A stretch of DNA of 32,000 bases. Source: Akkermansia muciniphila ATCC BAA-835 (lineage in GTDB: Bacteria > Verrucomicrobiota > Verrucomicrobiia > Verrucomicrobiales > Akkermansiaceae). Every line of letters starts with the position of its first letter. The stretch's first letter is position 1. Below, piece after piece: positions 8,030 to 15,727 of this stretch. The stretch covers positions 1,890,001-1,922,000 of the forward strand of contig NC_010655.1 of NCBI RefSeq assembly GCF_000020225.1, given 5' to 3'. A model generated the notes under the pieces. It saw only the letters and a list, made by a program, of their open reading frames with translations, did not search any database and had not been told where the DNA came from. A program made the position numbers and the translations under genes.

Positions 8030-8593
8030 ATGAGAGACATCGTATATTTTGATTTGGAAACCCGTCATTCCGCGGCGGAGGTGGGCGGCTGGCATAATAC
8101 GGCCGAGATGCGCCTTTCCGTGGGCGTGACTTATTCCACGGCTTCCGGCAAATATACGATTTATTCTGAGGAAATGGTGGATGATCTCATCCGGCAGCTT
8201 TCCCAGGCCGACCTGGTGGTGGGTTACAACCACGAGCATTTCGACTATGGCGTGCTCCAGCGTTATACGATGTGGAACATGATTGATATCACGAACAACC
8301 TTGATTTGTGCAAGGACATCGAACAGCGCGGGGGAGTGCGCGTCAAGCTGGATTCCGTGGCGGCCGCCTCCATCGGTTCTTCAAAAACGGCCGTGGGCAC
8401 CCAGGCTCTCAAATGGTGGGCGGAATACGCGCAGACGGGTAATACGGAGCTTTTAATGGATATAGCCCGTTATTGCTGTTTTGACGTGAAGGTGACGCGG
8501 GATGTGCACTGGTACGGGGCGGAACACGGTTTCATCCGTTATGATGATAAAAAGGGCGGCCAGGTGGAATTGCCCGTGGATTGGAAATTGTAA
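8030..8593 (+). CDS. Stand-alone DEDDy-type 3'-5' exonuclease / RNase H-like domain protein
   Basis: Three exonuclease motifs are readable: ExoI VYFDLET, ExoII VVGYNHEHFDYGVL and ExoIII IARYCCFDVKV. I start at ATG 8030 (MRDIVYFDLET) rather than the GTG at 8003. Stop TAA at 8591-8593. Confidence 0.75.
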   Translation: MRDIVYFDLETRHSAAEVGGWHNTAEMRLSVGVTYSTASGKYTIYSEEMVDDLIRQLSQADLVVGYNHEHFDYGVLQRYTMWNMIDITNNLDLCKDIEQRGGVRVKLDSVAAASIGSSKTAVGTQALKWWAEYAQTGNTELLMDIARYCCFDVKVTRDVHWYGAEHGFIRYDDKKGGQVELPVDWKL

Positions 8594-8613
8594 CTTTTCC
8601 TGCATGCATGTCC

Positions 8614-8636
8614 GGCCGGCTGTAGCCGGTTTTTTT
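8614..8636 (+). terminator. Rho-independent terminator after the exonuclease gene
   Basis: GC stem CCGGC (8616-8620) pairs with GCCGG (8625-8629), flanked by possible G-T pairs, with loop TGTA. It is followed directly by T7 (8630-8636). Confidence 0.6.
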
Positions 8637-8779
8637 CCGGGCGCTGAAGTGGGTCTGGTTTCCCGCCTTTGGCGGCGTTGCCGTTTATCCCCGGACAGAT
8701 GCCGGATATCAGGGAATGGCTGGGGCGGAGAAAGGCTTCCGGGAGGAAGCGGACGGCAACCATGCTGTTGCCGCCTGGC

Positions 8780-9238
8780 TTAACGGCGGTTGATGCGGGC
8801 CACTTCCCGCTGGGCTTCGCGCATTTCCACGCGGGCTTTCAAATCGTAGCGCTGGTCGCGGTGGGTTTTGCCCTTGCCCAGGCCTAGAGCCAGTTTCACC
8901 TTGCCGTTTTTCCAATACAGCTTGAGAGCTACCAGGGAGCAGCCTTTCTGGGAGGTCTGCTGTTCCAGTTTGAAAATTTCCCGTTTATGAAGAAGAAGGC
9001 GGCGGGGCCGGCGCGCCTGGTGCTGGAAGAATTCTCCCGCTGTCTCCCAGGGCTGGATGTCGCAGCCGTACAGGAGCATCTGGCCGTTTTCCACCCTGGC
9101 GAAGGAATCGGCAATATTCACCTTGCCGGCGCGGATGGATTTGACTTCCGTTCCCTTGAGTTCCATGCCGCATTCGTAGGTGTCCAGAATTTCGTAATCC
9201 CGGCGGGCTTTTTTGTTGGTGGAAATGTCGGAGCTCAT
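8780..9238 (-). CDS. smpB: SsrA-binding protein SmpB (trans-translation)
   Basis: 152-aa ORF with ATG at 9236-9238 and TAA at 8780-8782. The translation KKARRDYEILDTYECGMELKGTEVKSIRAGKVNIADSFARV...LLLHKREI...LKLYWKNGKVKLALGLGKGK is the canonical SmpB pattern. Confidence 0.95.
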   Translation of the reverse strand: MSSDISTNKKARRDYEILDTYECGMELKGTEVKSIRAGKVNIADSFARVENGQMLLYGCDIQPWETAGEFFQHQARRPRRLLLHKREIFKLEQQTSQKGCSLVALKLYWKNGKVKLALGLGKGKTHRDQRYDLKARVEMREAQREVARINRR

Positions 9239-9259
9239 GGCACGAAGGGGAGAAGGATG

Positions 9260-9289
9260 AAAAGGCCCCGGGCTGGGAGACCGGGGCCT
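9260..9289 (-). terminator. Stem-loop with T-tract downstream of rpoZ
   Basis: 9-bp stem AGGCCCCGG (9263-9271) pairs with CCGGGGCCT (9281-9289), with loop GCTGGGAGA. On the minus strand it is followed by TTTT (complement of A9260-A9263). Confidence 0.6.
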
Positions 9290-9352
9290 GGCTGGATAGA
9301 GAGGATTCCGTACGGAATTCCGGTCCGGAACGGCAATAAAGGGAATGTGTTG

Positions 9353-9574
9353 TTACTGGTTGTCTTCCTGGAGGCTGCCGGATTCCGTATGATAGACGAG
9401 CTTGCCTTCAATGATTTCCGTCAGGGCAATGTTCGCGTTGCCCATATGGGGTGTGGTAGGCACCAGCGGGGCGCGGCCATTATTAAGCTGGGCTACGCGG
9501 CGGGAAACCACGTTGATCAGCATTTGGGGCTCGGGAATGATTTTGGAGGCTTGTTCGACGAGTTCGGCTTTCAT
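9353..9574 (-). CDS. rpoZ: DNA-directed RNA polymerase subunit omega
   Basis: 73-aa ORF with ATG at 9572-9574. The sequence IPEPQMLINVVSRRVAQLNNGRAPLV matches the conserved RpoZ N-terminal helix region. Confidence 0.85.
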   Translation of the reverse strand: MKAELVEQASKIIPEPQMLINVVSRRVAQLNNGRAPLVPTTPHMGNANIALTEIIEGKLVYHTESGSLQEDNQ

Positions 9575-9648
9575 GTAAAAAGGTCTAGGTAGATATCCTG
9601 ATGCGGAGAGAGATATAAAAACGGTTCCTGTCCGGAATCAAGCTTATA

Positions 9649-10215
9649 TTACGGCATGAGCTGCCTTCGCTCGCGGGAATCCAGTTCTTTCCATGCGCCG
9701 GGTTTCAGTCCCGCCAGGGAGAAATTTCCGATTCTGGCGCGAAGAAGCCGGAGTGTGGGAAAACCGATGGCGGCGGTCATGCGCCGCACCTGGCGGTTTT
9801 TCCCTTCCACCAGCGTCAATTCCAGCCATGAGGTGGGAATGGAGGCGCGGTAGCGGACGGGAGGGATGCGGGGCGGCACGTCAGGCTCCCTGCGCATGAG
9901 GCGTGCCCGGCAAGGCAGCGTGCAGTGCCCGCGGATGCGGAGGCCCCCGAGTTCCAGAGGGCGAAGGTCCGTTTCGGAAGGAGTGCCTTCCACCTGGCTC
10001 CAATAAGTTCTGGGATGCCTGCCGGAGGGGTTCAGGAGACGGTCCGCCAGGCCCTTCTCATCGGATAAAAGAAGCAGCCCTTCCGAATCCGCATCCAGCC
10101 TTCCTACAGGATACACGCCAGGAGGAAACCCGAATTCAGCCAGTGTCCGGTGGTGGGGAGCCTCCTTCGTAAATTGGGAGAGAATACCGTAAGGTTTATT
10201 GAACGCCAGAATCAT
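9649..10215 (-). CDS. Pseudouridine synthase, RsuA/RluE family (single-domain, RluE-like, no S4 domain)
   Basis: ATG at 10213-10215 gives MILAFNKPYGILSQF...YPVGRLDADSEGLLLLSDE (catalytic Asp motif) ...LVEGKNRQVRRM. 188 aa. The 520-aa ORF in the track is this gene plus an Arg/Pro-rich extension that mirrors the plus-strand gene 10309-11097. Confidence 0.85.
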   Translation of the reverse strand: MILAFNKPYGILSQFTKEAPHHRTLAEFGFPPGVYPVGRLDADSEGLLLLSDEKGLADRLLNPSGRHPRTYWSQVEGTPSETDLRPLELGGLRIRGHCTLPCRARLMRREPDVPPRIPPVRYRASIPTSWLELTLVEGKNRQVRRMTAAIGFPTLRLLRARIGNFSLAGLKPGAWKELDSRERRQLMP

Positions 10216-10308
10216 GCCGTGCACGGCAAGGGTAGCATGAACCGCTGGCTTTGGCACGGGAAATTGAAGCGGCTTGACTTGTCTGTGTTGGGGAAGGAAA
10301 GTATCTGC

Positions 10309-11097
10309 ATGCATGGAAAAACGGCAGGTTGTGTCCTGATGCTTGCGTGTTGCGTGCCCGTCTGGGTTCAGGCGGCGCCGGATACGGGGGAAGTGAAGGC
10401 AAAAATTGCGCGGAAAATCTGGCAAAACGAATGTGCCGGGACAATAAGGGGGCTGGTTTCCTGGAACCGGGGAGAGGCGTTTCCATCCCTGGGAATCGGA
10501 CATTTCATCTGGTTTCCTGCCGGAGTCACGGAAAGGTTTGAGGAAAGTTTCCCTGCTTTCATTCAGTTCTGCCGCAGGAAGGGAATCCGGGTTCCGGAAT
10601 GGTTTTCCGGAGCGGCTCCGTGGCGGACCAGAAAGGAATTTGAAACGGCGGACGTTCGCGGCGGTCTTCCTGAACGGATGCGCCGGTGGTTGTCCAGCCC
10701 GGCGGCCCTGCAAATGCAGGCGGATTTCATTATTGCCAGGTCTGTGGCCGCTCTGGAGCGTATCAAGGGCCAGTCCCGCCGTCCGGAAGAGATGGCGGCC
10801 CGCTATTACGCCGTGGCGTCGGTTCCCAACGGCATGTATGCCCTGATTGACTACGTGAATTTCAAGGGAGAAGGAACCAATCCGGCGGAACAGTACCGGG
10901 GGATTGGCTGGGGGCTCAGGCAGGTGCTGGAGGAAATGCGCCCCGTTTCTCCCGGACAGCCTGCGGCGGTTGAATTTGCGGAAGCGGCCAAAAGGGTGCT
11001 TCAGCGCCGCGTGGACAACAGCCCGCCGGGCCGCGGAGAAGCGCGCTGGCTTGCCGGATGGCGGAACCGGTGCGATTCCTATAAGAGGAATTTGTGA
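10309..11097 (+). CDS. Secreted protein of unknown function
   Basis: ATG at 10309 follows GGAAGGAAAG. The N-terminus MHGKTAGCVLMLACCVPVWVQA looks like a signal peptide. Codon first positions are purine-rich and the amino-acid composition is balanced, unlike the in-phase minus-strand ORF. I recognise no family (notable strings: IWQNECAG, SLGIGHFIW, YALIDYVNFKGEG). Confidence 0.7.
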   Translation: MHGKTAGCVLMLACCVPVWVQAAPDTGEVKAKIARKIWQNECAGTIRGLVSWNRGEAFPSLGIGHFIWFPAGVTERFEESFPAFIQFCRRKGIRVPEWFSGAAPWRTRKEFETADVRGGLPERMRRWLSSPAALQMQADFIIARSVAALERIKGQSRRPEEMAARYYAVASVPNGMYALIDYVNFKGEGTNPAEQYRGIGWGLRQVLEEMRPVSPGQPAAVEFAEAAKRVLQRRVDNSPPGRGEARWLAGWRNRCDSYKRNL

Positions 11098-11200
11098 CGA
11101 ATTCCTTTCCCAACAGAAAAGACCAGTTGTGCAATTATCCTTGACCTGACGGGGATTAGGGTGTAATTCCCTCACTCCATCCTGAAACTTCGCTGATTTT

Positions 11201-11656
11201 ATGCCAAACACTCAAGAAGAAACAACGCTGATTTTGCTGAAGCCCGACTGTGTGCGGAAAAACCTTTCCGGCACCATTTTGAAACGTTTTTTGTCCGAAG
11301 GGTTTCGCCTGCGCGGCATAAAGATGATCCAGCTTGACGAACCGGTGCTCCGGGAACATTACGCCCATATTCTGGATCTGGTCATCAATGGGGAACCGCT
11401 TTTCCCGAAGCTGCTTGATTTCATGACCAGTTCTCCCGTCATCGCCATTGCCCTGAAAGGGCCCGGCGTTATTGTGCGCGTGCGCGAACTGCTGGGGCCC
11501 ACCAATTCCCAGAAGGCGCAGAAGGGCACTATCCGCGGCGATTTCGGAACAGACAGCATGATGAACATCTGTCATGCGTCCGACAGCCGTGAATCCGCCG
11601 CCGTGGAGCTGGCAAGATTTTTCCGGGAAGAAGAACTGTTTGACGGCCTTAATTAA
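11201..11656 (+). CDS. ndk: Nucleoside diphosphate kinase
   Basis: 151-aa ORF with ATG at 11201. Motifs are TLILLKPD, GPTNSQKAQKGTIRGDFG and the active-site His context NICHASD. Confidence 0.95.
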   Translation: MPNTQEETTLILLKPDCVRKNLSGTILKRFLSEGFRLRGIKMIQLDEPVLREHYAHILDLVINGEPLFPKLLDFMTSSPVIAIALKGPGVIVRVRELLGPTNSQKAQKGTIRGDFGTDSMMNICHASDSRESAAVELARFFREEELFDGLN

Positions 11657-11690
11657 GGGAAGGCCGCCTTTTTCCATCAGGTTTCATTGA

Positions 11691-11720
11691 GGGCCGCAGC
11701 TGTAATAACGGCTGCGGCCC
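11691..11720. terminator. Strong hairpin between convergent ndk and the glycosyltransferase gene
   Basis: GGGCCGCAGC (11691-11700) pairs with GCTGCGGCCC (11711-11720). The stem can extend by three more pairs into the loop, leaving a 4-nt loop. There is no clear U-tract on either strand, so the function is inferred from its position between convergent genes. Confidence 0.5.
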
Positions 11721-11802
11721 TTGCCGTATCGGGGCTGTGCCTTCCTTGGGAGGATGAAGGGGGAAGGCAGCGGCTTTTCTGGGAGAAGCAGGAAAGAACG
11801 GG

Positions 11803-12624
11803 TTACTTTTCCCAGGGAGTGGTAAGATAAAGGAAGGCCTTTTTCATACGGTAGGCCTCACGCATGAAGCCGTCCATGATATTGTTGCAGCTGTGCTTGG
11901 AAAAGGAAAGGCCGTAAATGCGCTTGATGGCGGCATCCTCTCCGTGCTGCTTCTGGCGCTTTAGCTCAGCGTCCATGTCCCGGCATTCGATATTGGGGGC
12001 GCTCAGATTGTCGCCATGCCAGCGAAAATCCGCCAGCAGCCTGTTGTAATGCACGAACTTCTTCCCCGCCCGGCCCAGGCGCGCGTAATATTCCCCGTCC
12101 ATGTCGTAGTGGAAGCGTTCGTCCAGCAGGAACCCCTCTTCAATAGTAGTGCTCCGGCGCAGGAACAATGCGGTGGAAGCCAGATAGGTGCCGTACCAGA
12201 TGTGCATGTTCAGACTGTAGGGCAGGGCCTTCATGGCGCGTTGGATTTCTCCGTCCGGCCCGATGAAATTCCATGCTCCATACACAATGTCCGCATCCGG
12301 GCGGGAATCCGCAAAAGCCTTGACCGCCGCCAGAGCCCCCGGCAGCAACCGGTCATCCGTATTCAGCCACATAACCCATTTCCCGCGCGCCTTGCGGAAG
12401 CCGCGGTTGATGCCTTCCGACATGCCGGAATCCTTTTCCACATGCAGTTTCAGGTGAGGGTAGGAGTGCAGGATATCCAGGGTGCCGTCCGTGGACCCTG
12501 CGTCCTGGATAATGTGTTCAAATGTAGCCCCTTCCTGGTTTTTGACGCTCTCTATGCATTCCCTTACGTAGCGGGCGTAATTATAGCTGGGCGTAATAAT
12601 GCTGAAATCCGGTTCTGTGTCCAT
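11803..12624 (-). CDS. Family 2 glycosyltransferase
   Basis: The translation FSIITPSYNYARYVRECIESVKNQ...IIQDAGSTDGT...WLNTDD shows the GT-A fold and a DxD-type motif. I start at ATG 12622-12624 (MDTEPDF...). The track start at 12630 is a TTG two codons upstream. The start lies 8 nt after the stop of the preceding gene. Confidence 0.85.
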   Translation of the reverse strand: MDTEPDFSIITPSYNYARYVRECIESVKNQEGATFEHIIQDAGSTDGTLDILHSYPHLKLHVEKDSGMSEGINRGFRKARGKWVMWLNTDDRLLPGALAAVKAFADSRPDADIVYGAWNFIGPDGEIQRAMKALPYSLNMHIWYGTYLASTALFLRRSTTIEEGFLLDERFHYDMDGEYYARLGRAGKKFVHYNRLLADFRWHGDNLSAPNIECRDMDAELKRQKQHGEDAAIKRIYGLSFSKHSCNNIMDGFMREAYRMKKAFLYLTTPWEK

Positions 12625-12632
12625 AGGCAAGG

Positions 12633-13577
12633 TTAGTTGAAAGGCTTGATGGAACGTTCCCTGGCGATGTAAATAGGGCGCTTTTTAACTTCCGTATAGG
12701 TTTTGGCCAGATATTGGCCCAAAATGCCCAAGCACAGCAGCACGATGCCACCCATCATGCAGAAGACGCATACCAGGGAAGTCCATCCATAAGCGGAATG
12801 GGGCCAGATCAATTCGCGGACAGTCAAGATAATGATGGAAAGGAATGAGATGAAGGAAAGAAGTACCCCCATGATGGAAGCCAGCGCCAGAGGGGCGGTG
12901 GAAAAGGCCACGATACCTTCAATGGAGTACAGGAACAGCTTGAAGAAAGACCACTTGGTTTCTCCTGCCACCCGTTCCACATTTTCATATTCAAACCATT
13001 TGGTCCGGAACCCCACCCATTCGTACAGCCCTTTGGAAAATCGGTTGTACTCCTTCAGGGAAAGCAGGGCTTCCAGTACGGGCCGAGTCATCAGCTTGTA
13101 GTCCCGGGCTCCGTCCACGATGCGGGTGTCCGATATCTGATGAATCGTCTTATAAAAGGCGCGGGCGAAAAAGGACCGCAGCAGCGGTTCCCCCTGCCGG
13201 GTGACGCGGCGCGTTCCCGCACAGTCATATCCTTCCTTTTCAATGGCTTTCAGCATATCCGGAAGCAGGGAAGGAGGATCCTGAAGGTCCACATCCATGA
13301 CGGCGGCATAATCCCCTGTGGCCGCTTCCAGGCCCGCATAGATGGCGGCTTCCTTCCCGAAATTGCGGGAGAAGGAAATGAATTTTACTTCAGGGGAGTG
13401 TTCCGCCATTTTCTTAATCATTTCCAGGGAGCGGTCCGTGGAACCGTCGTCCACGAAGATAAGTTCCGGGGCGTAGCCCTCCAGGCATTCCTTGAAAACC
13501 CGGTCTATTTCTTGCTTGAACGCCGGAATGGCTTCTTCTTCATTCAGGCAGGGAACGATCAGGGAAATACGTTTCAT
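12633..13577 (-). CDS. Polyprenyl-phosphate glycosyltransferase (GT2, GtrB/ArnC/Dpm1-like) with C-terminal membrane helices
   Basis: The sequence runs MKRISLIVPCLNEEEAI...FVDDGSTDRS...SFSRNFGKEAAIYAGL...VMDVDLQDPP. Two C-terminal hydrophobic helices follow (LALASIMGVLLSFISFLSIIILTV and LVCVFCMMGGIVLLCLGILGQY). This architecture is typical of GtrB-type enzymes. Confidence 0.88.
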   Translation of the reverse strand: MKRISLIVPCLNEEEAIPAFKQEIDRVFKECLEGYAPELIFVDDGSTDRSLEMIKKMAEHSPEVKFISFSRNFGKEAAIYAGLEAATGDYAAVMDVDLQDPPSLLPDMLKAIEKEGYDCAGTRRVTRQGEPLLRSFFARAFYKTIHQISDTRIVDGARDYKLMTRPVLEALLSLKEYNRFSKGLYEWVGFRTKWFEYENVERVAGETKWSFFKLFLYSIEGIVAFSTAPLALASIMGVLLSFISFLSIIILTVRELIWPHSAYGWTSLVCVFCMMGGIVLLCLGILGQYLAKTYTEVKKRPIYIARERSIKPFN

Positions 13578-13632
13578 GTCAGTGCCCGAATCATACTTCA
13601 GAAGCCGTGCGGATGCCAGAAAATATGCACAA

Positions 13633-13663
13633 AGCCTTCCTCCGCCGGAAGAGGAGGAAGGCT
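13633..13663 (-). terminator. Perfect 11-bp hairpin after the pseudopilin gene (terminator-like)
   Basis: AGCCTTCCTCC (13633-13643) pairs with GGAGGAAGGCT (13653-13663), with a 9-nt loop. It starts 40 nt after the pseudopilin stop. On the minus strand it is followed only by TT then GTGCATATTTTC, so the U-tract is weak. Confidence 0.5.
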
Positions 13664-13702
13664 GCCGGAAAAGAAGCCGTGCGCGGAAAAATACCGGTAA
13701 GG

Positions 13703-14371
13703 TCAGAACTTCGGCAGGTTGCCGATGTCATCTTCGTTTTCAGGGGCGTGCGGGTCTTTCAAATCACTGTCCCCGTCTTTTCCGAAAGACCAGAAATCAT
13801 AATCCGGATTCAGGCCGTTGCCCATTTTCAGGTTTCTGGCCCTGTCGGTTCTGGTGGGGATGGACTGCTCGCTGCCCAGGCGGTAGCGGTAGGGGGAACC
13901 CCATGGATCCGCAAGAATATAAAGGGTAACCGGCCTGCCGTCCTTGCTTTTCACATGGACTTCCCGGACAGTCGGGTTGCTTTTGGGCTGCGTAGAGGGG
14001 TTCAACTCATCATTGTAAATGGTTGTATCCCTGGAAGGAACACCCTCATTCTTATGGTCGCCGAACAGAGCCATGTAAACCACGTTGGAACTGTATTCCT
14101 CCCCGTTGGCCACGGCTACGCCGTGATTGTTGAAGGGAGCTTCCGTGCCGTAGGGGTAGCGGTCATGGTCGCTGTGGTAGCTCTCCAGCCCCATTTCAAT
14201 TTTGCGGACAATGGATTCCGTAGCCTGTTCGTTCTTTCTGGTTTCAAGCCAGGTGTAAATGGAGATGGTCAGCGTGGCCAGCACCACGATGATCACCATC
14301 ACTACCAGGATTTCCATGAGGGTGAACCCCTTTGCCTCCCGGAGCCGGCGGTATGCGGAATGATTTTTCAT
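13703..14371 (-). CDS. GspG-like pseudopilin / type IV pilin-like protein with prepilin cleavage-methylation motif
   Basis: Leader MKNHSAYRRLREAKG followed by FTLMEILVVMVIIVVLATL (G/F cleavage site, Glu at +5). The C-terminal region has GspG-type strings DPWGSPYRYR and FWSFGKDGDSD...DDIGN. 222 aa. Confidence 0.85.
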   Translation of the reverse strand: MKNHSAYRRLREAKGFTLMEILVVMVIIVVLATLTISIYTWLETRKNEQATESIVRKIEMGLESYHSDHDRYPYGTEAPFNNHGVAVANGEEYSSNVVYMALFGDHKNEGVPSRDTTIYNDELNPSTQPKSNPTVREVHVKSKDGRPVTLYILADPWGSPYRYRLGSEQSIPTRTDRARNLKMGNGLNPDYDFWSFGKDGDSDLKDPHAPENEDDIGNLPKF

Positions 14372-14389
14372 CTGATTCTGCTTGAGGGG

Positions 14390-15658
14390 TTATCCCATCT
14401 TTTCAATAACCTGCAGGAGGGGAAGGAACATGGCGAACACGATGCCGCCCACGACCACGGCCAGGAATACGATCATGATGGGTTCCAGCATGGAGGTCAT
14501 AGCTCCCACGGCATTGTCCACTTCATCATCATACACGTCCGCGATTTTCAGGAGCATGTCCGGCAACTGGCCGGTTTCTTCCCCCACGTCCACCATGGAG
14601 ATTACCATGGGCGGGAAAAGCTTGGAGGAGGACATGGGCGTAACTACGGATTCGCCTTCCTTGACGGAGTCATGGATGAGGCCGATGGCGTCTCCCACGA
14701 TCATGTTGCCGGCGGTATCCTTCGTGATGGTAAGCGCCTGGAGGATGGGGACGCCGGAAGTCACCAGCGTACCGAAGGTTCGGGCGAAGCGGGCGATGGC
14801 GCTTTTGCTCTGCACATTGCCGATGACCGGCATGGTCAGCAGAGCGGAGTCAATCTTGCGGCGTCCGTTGGGCGTCTTGCTCATGGCCGTGAAAACAGCG
14901 TACAGGATGGCGACTACCGCGGCCAGAATGACGGCATTGGGCACAAAGAAGGGGGCGGCCATGAACCAGTCGCTGATGCCGAACACAAACTCGGAAATAC
15001 CGGGAAGTTCCTGGTTCTGTTCTGCGAACATCGCCTTGAATTTGGGCACGATGACCAGCATCAGGAAGATCACGATGCCTACGGCGATAAACAGGACGAT
15101 GGAGGGATACACCATGGCGGAGATCACCTTGCTTTTCAGCTTTTGGGCCTTTTCCTGGTATTCCGCCAGACGGTTCAGCACGACTTCCAGCACACCGCCC
15201 AGTTCCCCGGCCTTTACCATGTTGACAAACAGGCGGTCAAAAATTCTGGGGTGTTGGGCCAGGGCTTCCGAGAAGGTGGAGCCGCCCTGAACGGAATCTC
15301 CAAGAGCCTCAATGGTTACGCGCAGGTTGGGGTTTGCCTCCTGTTTGGCCAGCACGTTCAAACTCTGGAGCAGGGGAAGCCCCGCGTCAATCAGCGTAGC
15401 AAGCTGGCGGGTGAAAATCATCAGAGCCTTGGCCTTGATTTTGCCTCCCAGCTTGCCTTTTTGCTTCTTGGCTCCCTTGGCCTTTTTCTTGGCGGCAGGC
15501 GTCTGCTGAATCTTGCCCTTGCCCGCTTCTACGATCTGGGTGGGGTACAGGCCATGCGCCCGGATGGATTCCATGGCCTCCGCTTCGGAATTGGCCTCCA
15601 GGGTACCTGTTTTCTGGTCGCCTTTATGGTCAAGTGCTGTGTATTGATATTTAGGCAT
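14390..15658 (-). CDS. Type II secretion / type IV pilus platform protein (GspF/PilC family)
   Basis: 422-aa ORF with ATG at 15656-15658. It has two repeated cytoplasmic helical domains separated by hydrophobic helices. Family strings include FTRQLATLIDAGLPLLQSL, FARTFGTLVTSGVPILQAL and MVDVGEETGQLPDML. Confidence 0.93.
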   Translation of the reverse strand: MPKYQYTALDHKGDQKTGTLEANSEAEAMESIRAHGLYPTQIVEAGKGKIQQTPAAKKKAKGAKKQKGKLGGKIKAKALMIFTRQLATLIDAGLPLLQSLNVLAKQEANPNLRVTIEALGDSVQGGSTFSEALAQHPRIFDRLFVNMVKAGELGGVLEVVLNRLAEYQEKAQKLKSKVISAMVYPSIVLFIAVGIVIFLMLVIVPKFKAMFAEQNQELPGISEFVFGISDWFMAAPFFVPNAVILAAVVAILYAVFTAMSKTPNGRRKIDSALLTMPVIGNVQSKSAIARFARTFGTLVTSGVPILQALTITKDTAGNMIVGDAIGLIHDSVKEGESVVTPMSSSKLFPPMVISMVDVGEETGQLPDMLLKIADVYDDEVDNAVGAMTSMLEPIMIVFLAVVVGGIVFAMFLPLLQVIEKMG

Positions 15659-15727
15659 ATATGTTGTATTTTAAGTGTTTTTTCTTAGTGGTTGAAATAA
15701 GGGGAAGCAACGGCGTCCGGCTGTCCG

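Noticed and set aside
10216-11211. N-terminal 332-aa extension of the 520-aa minus-strand ORF, which would make a giant pseudouridine synthase.
   Set aside because: The extension is Arg/Pro/Phe-rich junk and is in codon phase with the plus-strand secreted-protein gene. That gene has a signal peptide, an SD-like GGAAGGAAAG and purine-rich first codon positions. The pseudouridine synthase domain begins cleanly at MILAFNKPYG (ATG 10215).
13607-15688. 693-aa plus-strand ORF (His/Gly/Asp-rich) spanning the pseudopilin and GspF genes. It is the longest ORF in the window.
   Set aside because: It is antisense to two genes with unmistakable family motifs and shares their codon phase (13607, 13703 and 14390 are all 2 mod 3). 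In that phase a stop appears only where the real gene uses TTA, CTA or TCA, and these genes avoid those codons. The composition is repetitive His/Gly/Asp with no motif. It is a mirror ORF, not a gene.
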